56,958 nucleotides of DNA from Thermoplasmata archaeon (GTDB lineage Archaea > Thermoplasmatota > Thermoplasmata > RBG-16-68-12 > JAFNFQ01): contig JBGPQV010000021.1 of assembly GCA_041489255.1 (NCBI GenBank), positions 1-56,958 of the forward strand, in the 5' to 3' direction. Below the pieces are notes generated by a model. The model had not been told where the DNA came from. It saw only the letters and a list, made by a program, of their open reading frames with translations, and did no database searches. Of the stretch, positions 45,805-55,460 are shown piece by piece. Every line of letters begins with the position of its first letter. Within the stretch, counting starts at the first letter, position 1. A program made the translations under genes and the position numbers.

Positions 45805-46149
45805 TCACTTCTTCGGCGGGCGGGTCTCTTTGTCAATCCATTTCAGGTACGCGGGGAACCCTTCGGTCATTCGATATGAAACGAGGCACGGCACTTCGTA
45901 GGATTGGGCTTTCGCTGCCTCCGCGATCGCTTTCTTCACCAGGGCCGTCCTGGTCTTCATGATCACGGCGAACTCGCCCTCGTCGAGGACCTTGTTTTTC
46001 CAACGGTAGATGGATCGTATCCTGAAGATGTTAGCGCACGCGATGAGCCTCTTATCCAAGAGGGACTTCGCAAGTGACACGGCCTCTCTCTCGCTCGCCG
46101 TTGTCGTGTACAGCATCGAGTGCATGCGGGCTGCATCCACTCCAGACAT
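45805..46149 (-). CDS. cutA: Divalent-cation tolerance protein CutA
   Basis: RLIACANI, SIYRW, MKT, SYEVPC, YLKWI. Confidence 0.9.
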   Translation of the reverse strand: MSGVDAARMHSMLYTTTASEREAVSLAKSLLDKRLIACANIFRIRSIYRWKNKVLDEGEFAVIMKTRTALVKKAIAEAAKAQSYEVPCLVSYRMTEGFPAYLKWIDKETRPPKK

Positions 46150-46237
46150 TTAGGCGTTTTCCACTACCAACCGCGGTTATCAGCGACGAAAACCGTGACG
46201 ACACTTCTTTATCCGCTCCCCGAGGTCAATCCAATGC

Positions 46238-46618
46238 ATGCCAGTGGTGACCCTTCCAGAGATGACCGCGGCATTGAGAGAGACGCTCGGCCGCAAGGGC
46301 TTGACGGAAGACCAGGTGACGACTCTGGCGGACTACGTAATGTCGTTCTTCGGGTTCGGCACGGAGGTCGTGGACAACCTGCTCAAGGTGGAGGACCGCG
46401 ATGTCTTCTACATGCTCGAGGAGCAAGGCATCCTGACGACGAAGCAGGAGGAGGTGCGCCTCAAGAAGGGCAGGCTCTGGCGGATACACTACTGGGTCTT
46501 GCGGGTCGACTACATCAAGGAACTCGCGAACACCAAGGCCGTCAAGAAGCGCGATGAGTTCGTGGCTGTCTACGAAGAGATGCCTGAAGAGGCGTGGGCC
46601 AGGCCAAGAATGCCTTAA
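46238..46618 (+). CDS. DUF6015-like winged-helix protein
   Basis: FFGF..EVVDN.L..EDRDVFYMLEEQGIL...WRIHYW pattern recalled from Thermoplasmata proteins. Confidence 0.7.
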   Translation: MPVVTLPEMTAALRETLGRKGLTEDQVTTLADYVMSFFGFGTEVVDNLLKVEDRDVFYMLEEQGILTTKQEEVRLKKGRLWRIHYWVLRVDYIKELANTKAVKKRDEFVAVYEEMPEEAWARPRMP

Positions 46619-46649
46619 ATAGCGCGCCCGCAATCGAAAAAGGGCTTCC

Positions 46650-47987
46650 ATGGACGATTTCCAGTGGCTGCTTGTCGCCCTCGCGATTATCGCCTTGTGG
46701 ACCGTGATGGTCTACATCCTCAACAAGAGGGGCATCCTCGCCAAGGCGAACATGTCCCCGGTCGGCCCCATATTAATGTGGAAGACCGTCAGAGGCAGGA
46801 AGTTCCTGGACAGGCTCGCGAGGCCTGCGAGGTTCTGGCGGGCATACGGTGACTTCTCCATCGTCCTCTGCCTGGTCGCCATGTTCGCGCTCATGGGTCT
46901 GCTCATCTGGGAAGCAACACTGGTCCCCAGCATCCCGAGGGAGAGCGCGCCGACTCCCGACCTGCTCCTCGGCGTTCCGGGGCTCAACAGGATCATACCC
47001 CTGGGCTACGGGATACTCGGCCTCGCAATCGCAATCGTCCTCCATGAGTTCCTGCACGGCATCCTCGCGAGGACTGCCAAGGTCCCTCTGAAGTCGCTCG
47101 GCATCCTGTTGTTCGTCTTCCCCATAGGGGCATTCGTCGAACCCGATGAAGAGGGACTCCAGAAGATGAAACGCCGGGACAGGGCACGGCTATTCGCGGC
47201 CGGTCCCGCCACGAATATGGTTCTCGCACTCGTCTTCGCGATCATCTTCTCCACAGTCATGATGGGCAGCGTCCGGGCGGCGCACGACGGCGTGGGCGTC
47301 ACCGGCTTCAGCATGGACGGCTCTCCCGCGGAGAACGCGGGCATGCATCCGGGCATGATCATCTTCAGGGTGGAGGGGACGAACGCCACGACCGCCAACG
47401 TCACATCCATCGCCGATCTGGCGACAGCGCTGGAGAATACGAGACCGGGAGACGCGATCAATGTCACCACATACTACAGGGGCGCGGTGGACACATACCG
47501 CTTGACGCTGGCAAACGTGAGTTCAACCGAGAAAGGGGTCATGGGCGTGCGCCTCATCACGGTGACCACCGCCTATTTCCACCCGCTTGGCGGCGGAGAG
47601 TTTTTCGGAAGCCCCGTGCGCTCGATCTTGAACTACGTCACCCTGCCCTTCCTTAATCTGCAGCCGCTGCAGGAGCCCTTCACCGATTTCTTCGTCGTCG
47701 AGGGTTTCTGGGGTTCGATGCCGGGATCTGTCTTCTGGACACTCGCCAACTGCGCATACTGGTTGTTCTGGCTGAACATCATGCTCGGTGCGACGAACGC
47801 GCTCCCCGCGATACCCCTCGATGGCGGCTACATCTTCAAAGACGGACTTGACGCATTCCTCGAGAGAGTGAAGAAAGGCATCAAGCCTGAGAGCAGGGAC
47901 AGGATCGTCAACGGGGTCTCGTTGACGCTCGCCCTGTTCATCCTCGCGCTCATCCTCTGGCAGTTCTTAGGCCCCTGGCTTCTATGA
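46650..47987 (+). CDS. Site-2 protease (M50) with PDZ domain
   Basis: LHEFLHG, GAFVEP, AAGPATN, SPAENAGM (PDZ), NALPAIPLDGG. Confidence 0.93.
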   Translation: MDDFQWLLVALAIIALWTVMVYILNKRGILAKANMSPVGPILMWKTVRGRKFLDRLARPARFWRAYGDFSIVLCLVAMFALMGLLIWEATLVPSIPRESAPTPDLLLGVPGLNRIIPLGYGILGLAIAIVLHEFLHGILARTAKVPLKSLGILLFVFPIGAFVEPDEEGLQKMKRRDRARLFAAGPATNMVLALVFAIIFSTVMMGSVRAAHDGVGVTGFSMDGSPAENAGMHPGMIIFRVEGTNATTANVTSIADLATALENTRPGDAINVTTYYRGAVDTYRLTLANVSSTEKGVMGVRLITVTTAYFHPLGGGEFFGSPVRSILNYVTLPFLNLQPLQEPFTDFFVVEGFWGSMPGSVFWTLANCAYWLFWLNIMLGATNALPAIPLDGGYIFKDGLDAFLERVKKGIKPESRDRIVNGVSLTLALFILALILWQFLGPWLL

Positions 47988-49121
47988 TCAGACCCGCCCT
48001 TTCGGAACCAGCATCCAGTACCCGAGATTGATGAGCTGCTTCCCGATCCAACCCCTCAGGCTCAACGGCGGCGGGACCGGCGGGTGCTCGTAGTCGAAGG
48101 TCATCGAGAAGCCCTTGTGGTACCCGGCGTCGCAGTAGCAGGTGACCCTGCCATCGTACTTCGCCGTGGCCTGTTCTCCGCGGATGTCCGCGACGACCGA
48201 GTCCGCCACGACCTTCGCCTCAAAATGCGCCGCGGCTCCGGATTTGGAGACGGGGATGTCGGTGCAGTCGCCTATCCCGAAGATGTCGGAGTTGGCCTTC
48301 GTCCTGAGGGTGTACTTGTCGGTCGGGAGCCACCCGCCGCGGTCCCCCAGACCCGAATCCTCCACGACCTTCGCACCGCGGTGCGGCGGTATCATCAACA
48401 GCATGTCGTAAGAAAATGTCTCCCCTTCGATCGAGCTGACGGCCTTCTTGGCGGGGTCGATTGACTCAACGTTGAAGAATATGGTCGACTTGATGTTGTG
48501 CTTGGCGAAGACCTTCTCCACGACCGGGTTCACGGGCTCCAGCGGGAAGACTCTCGATAGCGGCGAGAGGTAGTGTATCTCGACCTTGTCCCGGATGCCC
48601 TTCTTGGTGAAGTAGTAGTCCAGCTGGCAGGCCGCCTCGGAAGGAGCCGGCGGGCATTTGTACGGGACGCTCGCCACCGTGACGATGATCCTCCCGCCCT
48701 GGAAGCTCTCCAGCGCCTGTCGCAGCTTTTGCGCCCCTTCGATGCTGTAGAAGTGCTGTGCGGCCTCCTTGTACCCTGGGAGCTCGTCTGGCACAAGCCT
48801 CGCGCCAAGGGCGATGACCAGGCGGTCGTAGTCCAGAACCCCTCCCCTCGCGAGATGCACCTTGTGATTCTGGGTGTCGATCTTGACCGCCTCGTCGATG
48901 ACGAGCTTCACTCGCTTCCTGAGTAATCTGCGCTCATCCCTGACAAGCTTCTTCGGATTCGTCTTGCCGAAGGCGACATAGATGAAACCCGGCTGGTAGA
49001 CGTGCTTGCCCGAACTGTCCACCAAGGTGATCTCGGCCTCATCAGGCTGCAGGCGCTTCGCCAGCAGGTTGGCGACTATTGTCCCGCCTACGCCACCGCC
49101 AAGGACGACGACCTTCTTCAT
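47988..49121 (-). CDS. sqr: Sulfide:quinone oxidoreductase-like flavoprotein
   Basis: VVLGGGVGG, YQPG, YKCPPAP, IPPHRG, GIGDCT, SKSG, YDGRVTC. Confidence 0.82.
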   Translation of the reverse strand: MKKVVVLGGGVGGTIVANLLAKRLQPDEAEITLVDSSGKHVYQPGFIYVAFGKTNPKKLVRDERRLLRKRVKLVIDEAVKIDTQNHKVHLARGGVLDYDRLVIALGARLVPDELPGYKEAAQHFYSIEGAQKLRQALESFQGGRIIVTVASVPYKCPPAPSEAACQLDYYFTKKGIRDKVEIHYLSPLSRVFPLEPVNPVVEKVFAKHNIKSTIFFNVESIDPAKKAVSSIEGETFSYDMLLMIPPHRGAKVVEDSGLGDRGGWLPTDKYTLRTKANSDIFGIGDCTDIPVSKSGAAAHFEAKVVADSVVADIRGEQATAKYDGRVTCYCDAGYHKGFSMTFDYEHPPVPPPLSLRGWIGKQLINLGYWMLVPKGRV

Positions 49122-49135
49122 CTGGGCACCGTCAC

Positions 49136-49381
49136 CTACTTCACTTTCTTGACCATGAACCTTGTGTAGCCCGTCTCTTCGTAGACGCCGACCATCTGAT
49201 GTCCGGCCTTCTGGACCCAGAACGGGATGTCACTTCTCGACCCAGAGTCAGACGACCAGACCTCGACCAGCTCGCCGACCTTCGCTTGCCTGATGCCGCG
49301 GATGAGCTCCATCAGCGGTCCCGGGCAGAATGAGCCTCGGGCGTCAAGGACCATCTTCTGCGCCTCAGTCACATCGGTCAC
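49136..49381 (-). CDS. tusA: TusA family sulfur carrier
   Basis: LDARGSFCPGP, SDSGS..DIP.W. Confidence 0.9.
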   Translation of the reverse strand: MTDVTEAQKMVLDARGSFCPGPLMELIRGIRQAKVGELVEVWSSDSGSRSDIPFWVQKAGHQMVGVYEETGYTRFMVKKVK

Positions 49382-49385
49382 CGTC

Positions 49386-49814
49386 CTAGAGGAACAGCGT
49401 GATCTCGCCCTGCTTGGCGTTGTCCACGAATTCGGCCGCGCCGACCACGTCGTCGACTATCGGGTCGAGGTGTTCCTTCTTCATGCCCATTAGATCCAGG
49501 GTCATGGCACAGGCATGCACCTTGACGTTGCCCATCTCCTTGGCCTGCTTGAGCATGTCGTACCAGGAGGGCACGTTCTTCTCTTTCATCAGCTTCGCCA
49601 GCATGGGCGCGAGCTCGGCGTAGTTCACGTCCATCTTCTGGTTCCTCTGCGGCTCACCCTTGCGGAATGCGTCCAGGCCGTAGAACGTCAGGAAAAGCTC
49701 GACGTTCGTACCCATGGCGACCGCCCCGGAGGTCATGATCGCCACTGGGTAGAGCTTGTCCACCGTCCCGCTGAATACCACTATCGACATCTTGTTGGGC
49801 ATTTCTTGCACCAT
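49386..49814 (-). CDS. DsrE/DsrF/DrsH-like (DsrE2) sulfurtransferase
   Basis: SGTVDK, LFLTFYGL, VHACAMT, VGAAEF, ITLFL. Confidence 0.9.
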   Translation of the reverse strand: MVQEMPNKMSIVVFSGTVDKLYPVAIMTSGAVAMGTNVELFLTFYGLDAFRKGEPQRNQKMDVNYAELAPMLAKLMKEKNVPSWYDMLKQAKEMGNVKVHACAMTLDLMGMKKEHLDPIVDDVVGAAEFVDNAKQGEITLFL

Positions 49815-49877
49815 ACCTGCTCTTGCCATCCTATGATTAAGACATGCGGACACGATTAAACATACTGGCATATATCA

Positions 49878-49897
49878 ATATACGCAATCTCGTATAT
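49878..49897. promoter_or_regulatory. Palindromic operator between divergent arsR and dsrE-tusA-sqr
   Basis: ATATACG-caatct-CGTATAT perfect 7-6-7 inverted repeat in an AT-rich divergent promoter. Confidence 0.6.
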
Positions 49898-49923
49898 AGT
49901 TCGAAGCTCGTGTTCATCCTGCG

Positions 49924-50283
49924 ATGAAACCTTCCGATTCCTCCTTCTATGAAGTCAAGGCCAGGATGATCGCCGTCATGGCCAACCCGAAGCGCCTTCA
50001 GATCATCGACCTGTTGAGTGACGGAGAGAAGACAGTATCCGAGCTATCGGACGCACTCGACCTAGCACAGGCAACCACCTCGCAGCACCTGGCTGTGATG
50101 CGGAAGGCAGGCGTCGTGGAGACCACCAGGGATGGCAACTTCATCCACTACCGCCTCGCTGACCCGAAGATAGCCTCAGCCTGCCGCGTCATGAGCCAAG
50201 CCGTGCTCGACCTGCTAGTCAAGCAGCAGAAGAAACTGCAGCCCGTCCTCGCTCTGGCCAACCGGCAACGTCAAGGGGGCTGA
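49924..50283 (+). CDS. ArsR/SmtB family transcriptional regulator
   Basis: MANPKRLQII, TVSEL, SQHLAVMRKAGVV, RDGNFIHY. Confidence 0.93.
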   Translation: MKPSDSSFYEVKARMIAVMANPKRLQIIDLLSDGEKTVSELSDALDLAQATTSQHLAVMRKAGVVETTRDGNFIHYRLADPKIASACRVMSQAVLDLLVKQQKKLQPVLALANRQRQGG

Positions 50284-50299
50284 CGCCATTCAGCGAATT

Positions 50300-50644
50300 G
50301 TGAAGACAGCCGCCGATATGACCCCCGATAGAGATTCGGAGGCACTCAACGAGACCTATCGCGATATTGACCGCATAATCAGCGACCTCGTCGAATGCTA
50401 CGCGCTTCCTCACACCAAGATGTGCATGCGCTGGTCCAAGCCCACCATCGAGGAATACCGCGAGGAGGTCGTCGGCTGGCTCGAAGACTACTCAAAGTCC
50501 TTCCGCAGACTGCCAGAGAAGTCCATGCCGGGACGGGTTGACTTGCGGACTCATGCCCGGAAGCGCCTGGACGAGGAGGTCGCCCGCATAGTTGGCGGGA
50601 AGAGCGAGGCGGTGGAGAGCAGCTATAGACATCTTTTCGATTAG
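50300..50644 (+). CDS. Hypothetical protein
   Basis: 114-aa ORF with host-like codon use directly after arsR. Confidence 0.6.
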   Translation: MKTAADMTPDRDSEALNETYRDIDRIISDLVECYALPHTKMCMRWSKPTIEEYREEVVGWLEDYSKSFRRLPEKSMPGRVDLRTHARKRLDEEVARIVGGKSEAVESSYRHLFD

Positions 50645-50647
50645 AGC

Positions 50648-50986
50648 CTACTCCCGCACGAGCCAGAACTCGTTCCCGTCGGGATCTGCGAACATCGCGT
50701 AGGTTCCCCAGTCCTCCTTTTTCGTGGTCTGCGTGAACTTCACGCCCTTTGCCTCAAGGGCCTTCTGTTCCTTCGCGACATCTTTGCTGATGAAGCTGAA
50801 ACCCGTGTTTCCAGGCTCGAGCGGACAGAACCCCTCGCAGAGGTGTATGTCCACCGGCAATCCCTTCTGCGAGACGGTCACCCAGTGTCCGTCCTTCGAC
50901 CGAATCTCGAACCCCAACTTCTCCATGTACCACTTAGCAGATTTCTTGGCGTCCGACACTACCAGCGCTATCGAGCTTAATTTCAT
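50648..50986 (-). CDS. VOC/glyoxalase family protein
   Basis: VSD...WY.EKLGF, WGTYAMFADPDGNEF. Confidence 0.9.
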   Translation of the reverse strand: MKLSSIALVVSDAKKSAKWYMEKLGFEIRSKDGHWVTVSQKGLPVDIHLCEGFCPLEPGNTGFSFISKDVAKEQKALEAKGVKFTQTTKKEDWGTYAMFADPDGNEFWLVRE

Positions 50987-51067
50987 CGCTGTCAACCCTC
51001 GACTCGTGGAGAAGTCCTGAATTAAATAAAGGGAACGGTCGGTGCCGTGAACGCCGCAACAATCCTG

Positions 51068-51763
51068 CTAATGAGTCACTACCTCGAACCCAGACTCATC
51101 GAATATCAGCGGGAAATAGCCCCTGCGGTGCGCAGTCTTCCTCATCTTCGCCACGCCAAGGAACAAGTTGACATTGTTGTCCTCCCGCCTCAGGTCGAGG
51201 TGTATGATCCCGTCAGAGAGGAAGTCCTCGCCGTGCTCGCAGAACTTGTCCGAGCCCTGGTCCATCTCTGCGATGATGAGGGTCGTGATGTTCAGGTCCC
51301 TCAGCCACTCCATCAGCCGGAACAGGTCCTCCCTCGGCTCCATGAACTTCGACATGACCTCCAGCACCGGCAGAGAGTCGATGACCATGAGGTCCAGGTT
51401 CATCGTCTTGTGCATGTTGTCCACGTACATCTTGAAGACCTCGATCCAAGACTTGCTGCCGAGCTGCTTCAGCTTCTTCCGGATAAGCCCGAGATCTAAA
51501 ACGCACATGAGCTTCTCCACATTCTTGATGTCCATTCCGAGGCCCGCCATATTGGCGAGGAGGCTCTCCCTGTTCTGTTCTAGCGTGACGTACATGCCGC
51601 TGAGGCCTTCCTCGAGGGCGTTGCGGTAGAGGATGTTGTAAGCCAAGGACGATTTCATCGTGCCCGGCTTCCCGGTGATGAGAATGACGTGGCTGGCGGG
51701 GATTCCGCCCTGTATGTGGTCGTCGAGTCCTCTGATGTATGTCTTGATCCTCTCTTCCTTCAT
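51068..51763 (-). CDS. KaiC/RAD55-like RecA-superfamily ATPase
   Basis: GLD....GGIP, GKPGTMKS, YVTLEQ, VIDSL, DGIIHL, KMRKT. Confidence 0.88.
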   Translation of the reverse strand: MKEERIKTYIRGLDDHIQGGIPASHVILITGKPGTMKSSLAYNILYRNALEEGLSGMYVTLEQNRESLLANMAGLGMDIKNVEKLMCVLDLGLIRKKLKQLGSKSWIEVFKMYVDNMHKTMNLDLMVIDSLPVLEVMSKFMEPREDLFRLMEWLRDLNITTLIIAEMDQGSDKFCEHGEDFLSDGIIHLDLRREDNNVNLFLGVAKMRKTAHRRGYFPLIFDESGFEVVTH

Positions 51764-51822
51764 AGCGCCTGCCTTCAGCGGCTCATGGCGGCGCACTCAA
51801 GATAAAACTTGTCAGGCCATTA

Positions 51823-52134
51823 TCATGGTCTCTCTGCAGCGAGGGCCATGACACCGCTGGCGAACGCCAATATGCCCGGCACGAGCTCCTTTGTGATGAT
51901 GACCACGATCACGCCGACCACGATGGCCAGCACGCCTCCCTCCATGTACCGCCGTTCGTACGCAATCAGCCCCGCGACGATGAGGACGACGCCAAGGATG
52001 ATTGTGATGGCCACACTGGCTATCCAATTCAGCGTGAGTTCTCTCGGCAGGTGAAGGTTGTCGAATATCAGCAGCAGGCCGCCGACAAGCGCGAGCAGCA
52101 ATGCGAGTACCGCGAGCAAGCGTCTTTCTGACAT
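51823..52134 (-). CDS. Small 4-TM membrane protein
   Basis: 103 aa, almost entirely hydrophobic helices. Confidence 0.7.
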   Translation of the reverse strand: MSERRLLAVLALLLALVGGLLLIFDNLHLPRELTLNWIASVAITIILGVVLIVAGLIAYERRYMEGGVLAIVVGVIVVIITKELVPGILAFASGVMALAAERP

Positions 52135-52193
52135 GTCACCGAGCTCGAAACGTGCTCACTCATATCAGCCTTTTCCCGCGAATACGGCAGGAC

Positions 52194-53012
52194 TCAGCCT
52201 TTCTCCAGCCCGCCAAGTGCGATTGTGCCGGCAGGTCTCCCGCCATGCGCCCGCCTTCCACGGTACATCCTCAGCGTCCTGAAGCCTTTCCTGAGGCCTG
52301 CCCATCGGGCAATCGAAGCAGCCTGTTCGCAGGGCACGGGTGCCGTGAGCGCGACTCGGGTCTCGCCGACTCTTGCGGCAAGCGCCCGCCAAAGCTCCCG
52401 CGCGCATTCCTTGCTGCGGTGGTCCACAACCCACGGGGCTATCTCGCAGGACCCTTCCTCCGCCTGGCCCACGATGTAACCCTTTACATCGCCATCCCCT
52501 GTCGAGATGAAAGTACGCGGGAATTCCCTTCTCAACCGCCAAAGCAGTCTCTTGCGGCTGCATCCGAAATAACGCTCGTCGAAGGAGATCACATCCCCGA
52601 AGCGCGACGATGATGGCGGGGCCGTGTCCCCGATGGGCTTGATGACGCCATTGTACCGCACATTCTCGAACTCCCGTTTGAAACCAAGAGCCCCATAGAG
52701 AGAGGTCACATGGATGTAGGAGTTCAAGCGCACGGTCTCCGCACCGGTCCCCTCCAGATATTCGATCGCGCTCTCCACTAGCTGAACCCCGATGCCCTTG
52801 CCGCGATGCCTCGTATGGACTATGACGTTGCCGATCCACCCTACATCCCCATACGAGGTGGCGGTTGTCAACCCCATCATCTCGCCGTCCAAGACAGCCT
52901 TCAGGCAGCCCCCGGGGTCGAGGTACATCAATCTCCTGAAAATCCTCGGCGTGCACCCCCAGTCCTCGAGGTCGGTCAGCGCGATGGCGGTGGGTATGTC
53001 CGCCTGGCTCAT
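52194..53012 (-). CDS. Tandem-domain GNAT N-acetyltransferase
   Basis: GWIGNVIV..RHRGKGIG, LYGALGF; ATGA overlap with the upstream small gene (CTG 53036 is an alternative start). Confidence 0.85.
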   Translation of the reverse strand: MSQADIPTAIALTDLEDWGCTPRIFRRLMYLDPGGCLKAVLDGEMMGLTTATSYGDVGWIGNVIVHTRHRGKGIGVQLVESAIEYLEGTGAETVRLNSYIHVTSLYGALGFKREFENVRYNGVIKPIGDTAPPSSSRFGDVISFDERYFGCSRKRLLWRLRREFPRTFISTGDGDVKGYIVGQAEEGSCEIAPWVVDHRSKECARELWRALAARVGETRVALTAPVPCEQAASIARWAGLRKGFRTLRMYRGRRAHGGRPAGTIALGGLEKG

Positions 53013-53212
53013 TGTCTTGATCTGCGCTGCTCCCAGAGCCTGCGCCTCCTCTCCAGCTCCTCGGGCTCGTCGCACTCGTGGTACCCGTACGTGATGTACT
53101 TCTTGTCCTTCCTAAGGTGCTTGTACTGGCACGGGCCGTACTCGTCGTCCTCGGAGCCGTACCACCGGTCGCAGTCCTTGCAGTGGTGTGACGACGGGCC
53201 TACATTCCCCAA
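53009..53212 (-). CDS. Small Cys/His-rich (putative zinc-binding) protein, 67 aa
   Basis: TTG 53212 with AGGAGG 7 nt upstream; CKDC..W......YGPC...H...HEC; overlaps the infB stop and the GNAT start. Confidence 0.6.
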   Translation of the reverse strand: MGNVGPSSHHCKDCDRWYGSEDDEYGPCQYKHLRKDKKYITYGYHECDEPEELERRRRLWEQRRSRQ

Positions 53213-54951
53213 AACGGGTCCTCCTTTCTCTTGATCTCGCAGACCTTGTCGAGCGCTTCCTTCTCGTCCATTGTGAGTTCGAGCCTCGATAGTGCCCTCG
53301 CGTCGGCCTCGGGCACCTCCACGTAAAGCACATCGTCCCCTTTTACCTGCCGCCCGAAGGTGACCCCGTCCATGGCCACCGCCACCTCCGCGCCCATCTT
53401 CGCCTCCTTGAGGCTCGCCTTCTTGTCCTGGATGCTCTTCACGCGCCCGACGACCCTTCCGTCGTCCTTCAAGAGTGAGTCTCCTGACCTGAGCTTTCCC
53501 GCCAGGATCCTCACGCCGAATATCGCGGGCTTGCTGATGTTGAACACATACTCGCCGAGGACGAGTATCTTCCCGGGGAAGACCAACTGCTGCCTCTTCT
53601 CCTCCTCCAGTTGCCTGAGCCTTTCCTCCAGCCATTTCTTGTAGTCCTCGATGAGGCGGTAGATTACATCGTTCTCGAGGATCTTCACGTCGGGGTTCTT
53701 CAGCAATTCCTCCTTCGCATCAGGCAGCACTGGCACGTTGAACGTGAACATGACCTTGTGGAGCGGGTTCTGGACCGTCGCGGCGTCGACGACATCGCGC
53801 CTCGAGACAGGCCCGACGCGAGCGAATCTGATTGGGATGTCTGAGGACTTGCACTCGAAAGCGAGAGCCTCGAGGGAGCCTATCGCGTCGGCCTTGACGA
53901 GAATCCCCTCCTCCTGGGTCACCACCTGAATCGAACTCTCCGCCTCCACCTGCGCGACGATCTCGTCTAGGGTGTCCCGCGTCGCGACCCTGATCGGCGC
54001 CCCCGCCATCGCGCCCTCCAGCCCGCTCGCGGATATCTTGATTCCCGCCGCGGCGATGACCTTCTTGACCGAGTCGAAGCGGTCCTGGGGGTCCCTGATC
54101 TCGTCCAGCGGCTTCGGCTTCAGGAGCGCCTTCACCTTCGTGACTATCGGCCTCGGCATGCCGCCGAGGACGACCGTGTCGCCTTTGGAAATCACCCCAT
54201 CGAAGATGATCGCGTTTAGCGTGGGGCCGAGGCCTTTCTCCTCCTTCACCTCGAGTATCGTGCCCTCGCCCGGTCCTTCGCCAGTCTCGAGCTGCGACTC
54301 GAGGAACTTCTGCGCAAGGCCGACGAGCATCAGCAGCAGGTCTGGTATCCCCTCCCCGAACTTGGCGCTCACCGGGACCACCGCCAGAGTCGTCGTGAAG
54401 TCCGCGACCTTGTCGTACCTCTCCGCGGTGAAACCCTGCTCGAACAGCTTGCCGACCAACTCGTACAGGCGGCGGTCGAGCTCGTCTCGCGCGCCCTCGG
54501 TCTGCTCGGCGAACGATGCGCCGAACGCAGCCTTCGGATGCTTCCTCCACCCAGGGATCATGTCGATCTTATTTGCCGCCACGACGAATGGCGTCTTGTA
54601 CCTCTTGAGGATGCTCAGCGACTCTATCGTTTGAGGCCTGAAGCCCTCGTTGATGTCGATCACAAGGACCGCCAAATCTGCGAGAGCCCCGCCCCGTGCT
54701 CTGAGAGTCGTGAACGAGTGGTGCCCGGGAGTGTCGATGAACAGGAGCCCGGGGACCTTGAAGTGCTTCTTGCCCGCGATGTCCTTGCAGACATCCATTA
54801 TGACCTGCAACGGCACCTCCGTTGCCCCGATGTGCTGGGTGATGCCGCCCGATTCCCTGGCGGCAACCTTGGTACCCCTGACCGAATCAAGGAGCGTCGT
54901 CTTCCCGTGGTCGACGTGACCGAGGACGCTCACTATGGGTTGGCGGGCCAT
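53200..54951 (-). CDS. infB: Translation initiation factor aIF5B (IF-2)
   Basis: LGHVDHGKT, GGITQHIGA, DTPGH, NKID, SAK. Confidence 0.98.
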   Translation of the reverse strand: MARQPIVSVLGHVDHGKTTLLDSVRGTKVAARESGGITQHIGATEVPLQVIMDVCKDIAGKKHFKVPGLLFIDTPGHHSFTTLRARGGALADLAVLVIDINEGFRPQTIESLSILKRYKTPFVVAANKIDMIPGWRKHPKAAFGASFAEQTEGARDELDRRLYELVGKLFEQGFTAERYDKVADFTTTLAVVPVSAKFGEGIPDLLLMLVGLAQKFLESQLETGEGPGEGTILEVKEEKGLGPTLNAIIFDGVISKGDTVVLGGMPRPIVTKVKALLKPKPLDEIRDPQDRFDSVKKVIAAAGIKISASGLEGAMAGAPIRVATRDTLDEIVAQVEAESSIQVVTQEEGILVKADAIGSLEALAFECKSSDIPIRFARVGPVSRRDVVDAATVQNPLHKVMFTFNVPVLPDAKEELLKNPDVKILENDVIYRLIEDYKKWLEERLRQLEEEKRQQLVFPGKILVLGEYVFNISKPAIFGVRILAGKLRSGDSLLKDDGRVVGRVKSIQDKKASLKEAKMGAEVAVAMDGVTFGRQVKGDDVLYVEVPEADARALSRLELTMDEKEALDKVCEIKRKEDPFWGM

Positions 54952-55002
54952 GTCGGCTGGTCGAACCTTGGCTGCCTATTTCTATTTTCGCTAGATTGGC
55001 GG

Positions 55003-55458
55003 CTAGTCGTACAGCAGTCCTTCGTCCGCGCGAACGTAGTCGTGCAGCTCGTCCTTCCTGAAGAACAGGGCGATCTCCCGCTCTGCCGATACAGGAGAGT
55101 CGGAGCCGTGGATTACGTTCCTGCCAGTGAAGACGGCGTAGTCTCCGCGAATCGTGCCCAGATCCGCTTGCACGGGGTTAGTCACGCCCATCATCTTCCG
55201 GACGATCGGAACCACATCCTTCCCCTCTAAGATCATCGCCACGGAAGGTCCCGAGGTTATGTAGTTCATCAGGCCGTCGAAGAATGGCTTGCCGATGTGC
55301 TCGGAGTAGTACTGCTCCGCGAGCTCTCTGGTGATTCGGATGGTCTTGATTGCGACGATCTTCAGTCCTTTCCTCTCGAAACGGCCGATGATCTCTCCTA
55401 CCAGCCCGCGCTTCACGCCATCCGGCTTCACAAGGGCGAACGTCCTCTCGCCCGCCAT
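55003..55458 (-). CDS. ndk: Nucleoside diphosphate kinase
   Basis: [28 protein letters not shown]. Confidence 0.97.
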   Translation of the reverse strand: MAGERTFALVKPDGVKRGLVGEIIGRFERKGLKIVAIKTIRITRELAEQYYSEHIGKPFFDGLMNYITSGPSVAMILEGKDVVPIVRKMMGVTNPVQADLGTIRGDYAVFTGRNVIHGSDSPVSAEREIALFFRKDELHDYVRADEGLLYD

Positions 55459-55460
55459 GC

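Noticed and set aside
53213-53635. N-terminal part of the 208-aa ORF 53009-53635
   Set aside because: Off-frame overlap with infB; only the last 67 codons look like a real gene.
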